From an uncultured Oscillibacter sp. (GTDB lineage: Bacteria; Bacillota; Clostridia; Oscillospirales; Oscillospiraceae), in the NCBI GenBank assembly GCA_950097265.1, contig CATNDJ010000009.1, positions 758 to 64,757 of the forward strand: a stretch of 64,000 nt of DNA. Direction: 5' to 3'. This document shows, piece by piece, positions 62,906 through 64,000 of the stretch (positions within the stretch are counted from its first letter, which is position 1; each line of letters begins with the position of its first letter). The notes beneath the pieces are model-generated. The model worked only from the letters and a program-made list of their open reading frames with translations, did not search any database and was not told the origin of the DNA. The translations under genes and the position numbers were made by a program.

Positions 62906-63722
62906 GCTGAGGCTGGACGTGCTTTTGGTGGAGCGGGGCCTGGAGGAAAGCCGCCAGCGGGCCCAAGCCGTCATCATGAGCGGGCAGGTATTCGTAGACG
63001 GCCGCCGGGCGGACAAGCCCGGCATGGCGGTGCCTGCCGCTGCCGCCGTAGAAATTCGCGGAGACAAGCTCCCCTATGTCAGCCGGGGCGGGCTGAAGCT
63101 GGAAAAGGCCATGAAGACCTTTCCCATCCGCCTTCAGGGGGCCGTCTGCGCCGACGTCGGGGCCTCCACCGGGGGCTTCACCGACTGCATGCTGCAAAGC
63201 GGCGCGGCCAGGGTCTACGCCGTGGACGTGGGCCGGGGCCAGCTGGCCTGGAAGCTGCGCAGCGACCCCCGGGTGGTCTGCCTGGAGCGGACCAACGCCC
63301 GGTATCTCAGCCGGGAGCAGGTGCCGGAGGAGCTGGCCTTCGCCTCCGTAGATGTGAGCTTCATCTCTTTGAAGCTGATTCTCCCTCCCCTGGCGGCCCT
63401 GCTGAAAGAGGGCGGCCAGGTGGTCTCCCTGGTGAAGCCCCAGTTTGAGGCGGGCCGGGAAAAGGTCGGGAAGAAAGGCGTGGTCCGGGACCCCGCCGTC
63501 CATCTGGAGGTCCTGGAGCGCTGGCTGGTCCACGCCGGGGAGGCGGGGTTGACAGTGCTGGGCCTGACCTACTCCCCCATCCGGGGGCCGGAAGGGAACA
63601 TCGAGTACCTGGGCTTCCTGCAAAAAGGAGGCGGGACCGCCCCGGAACCGGATTTAAAGGCCCTGGTGGAGGAATCCCACCAGGCGCTGAAGGAACACGA
63701 AGAGGGGGAAAATGCCCTATGA
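62895..63722 (+). CDS. TlyA/YqxC-family RNA methyltransferase
   Basis: RLDVLLV, YVSRGGLKL, DVGASTGGFTD, DVSFISL, LVKPQFE, GPEGNIEY. Confidence 0.95.
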   Translation: MSDKLRLDVLLVERGLEESRQRAQAVIMSGQVFVDGRRADKPGMAVPAAAAVEIRGDKLPYVSRGGLKLEKAMKTFPIRLQGAVCADVGASTGGFTDCMLQSGAARVYAVDVGRGQLAWKLRSDPRVVCLERTNARYLSREQVPEELAFASVDVSFISLKLILPPLAALLKEGGQVVSLVKPQFEAGREKVGKKGVVRDPAVHLEVLERWLVHAGEAGLTVLGLTYSPIRGPEGNIEYLGFLQKGGGTAPEPDLKALVEESHQALKEHEEGENAL

Positions 63723-64000
63723 GCCCCAAAAAAATCATTCTGTGCCCCAATCCCAACCGGGATCAGGGGATGAAGACCACCCGGGCGGCGGAGGCCATTC
63801 TTCGCGGCCTGGGCTTCCAGACGGTGGTCTGCTCTCCCTTCCGGGACCGGAAGGAAGGGGCCTTCGCCGACTACGACGTGCTGCCCCTGCCTCAGGAGCT
63901 CCGGGGGGCCGACCTGCTGATTACCTTCGGCGGGGACGGAACCATCCTGCACCTTGCCAAGCTGGCGGCGCTTCACAAGATGCCGGTGCTGGGCGTGAAC
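63719..64000 (+). CDS. nadK: NAD(+) kinase, N-terminal part (runs off the window edge)
   Basis: ATG 63719 overlapping the tlyA stop; ITFGGDGTIL, PVLGVN. Confidence 0.85.
   Translation, partial: MSPKKIILCPNPNRDQGMKTTRAAEAILRGLGFQTVVCSPFRDRKEGAFADYDVLPLPQELRGADLLITFGGDGTILHLAKLAALHKMPVLGVN

Noticed and set aside
1-64000. CRISPR arrays, tRNA/rRNA genes, IS elements, retron/DGR or restriction-defence genes
   Set aside because: No regularly spaced repeats, cloverleafs, transposase, reverse transcriptase or nuclease motifs were found by eye

Overview
GC-rich chromosomal DNA (roughly 60-65% GC by eye) from a spore-forming Clostridia member, most likely Oscillospiraceae (inferred from gene content and protein style). 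Most of it is minus-strand housekeeping DNA: ruvCAB, xerD, glmM, sigH, dnaE, hprK-ROK-murB-rapZ-yvcK-whiA, rpmG-secE-nusG-rplKA, queA-tgt, asd-dapA, asp23-fakA-gluQ, a Clp ATPase and ecfAAT-truA. Sporulation genes and single accessory genes are interspersed. I found no tRNA, rRNA, CRISPR array, transposase or prophage. Highlights: (1) a VTC (polyphosphate-polymerase-like) / DUF4956 / CotH-kinase operon behind a CiaR/OmpR-type direct-repeat promoter, a system of unknown function to my knowledge; (2) a ~650-nt OLE RNA, missed by the ORF track, directly upstream of oapA-dxs-tlyA-nadK; (3) tandem XerD-arm (dif-like) sequences plus a short promoter-terminator unit upstream of spoIIM-xerD; (4) a PadR plus HAAS-domain degenerate SEDS module with a 20-bp inverted-repeat operator; (5) an apparently leaderless sigH, twin hairpins flanking a methyltransferase cassette, two L1-binding RNA sites, and an attenuator-like leader before an SLH-GH25 lysozyme. 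All family calls come from motif recognition by eye; no database searches were run.
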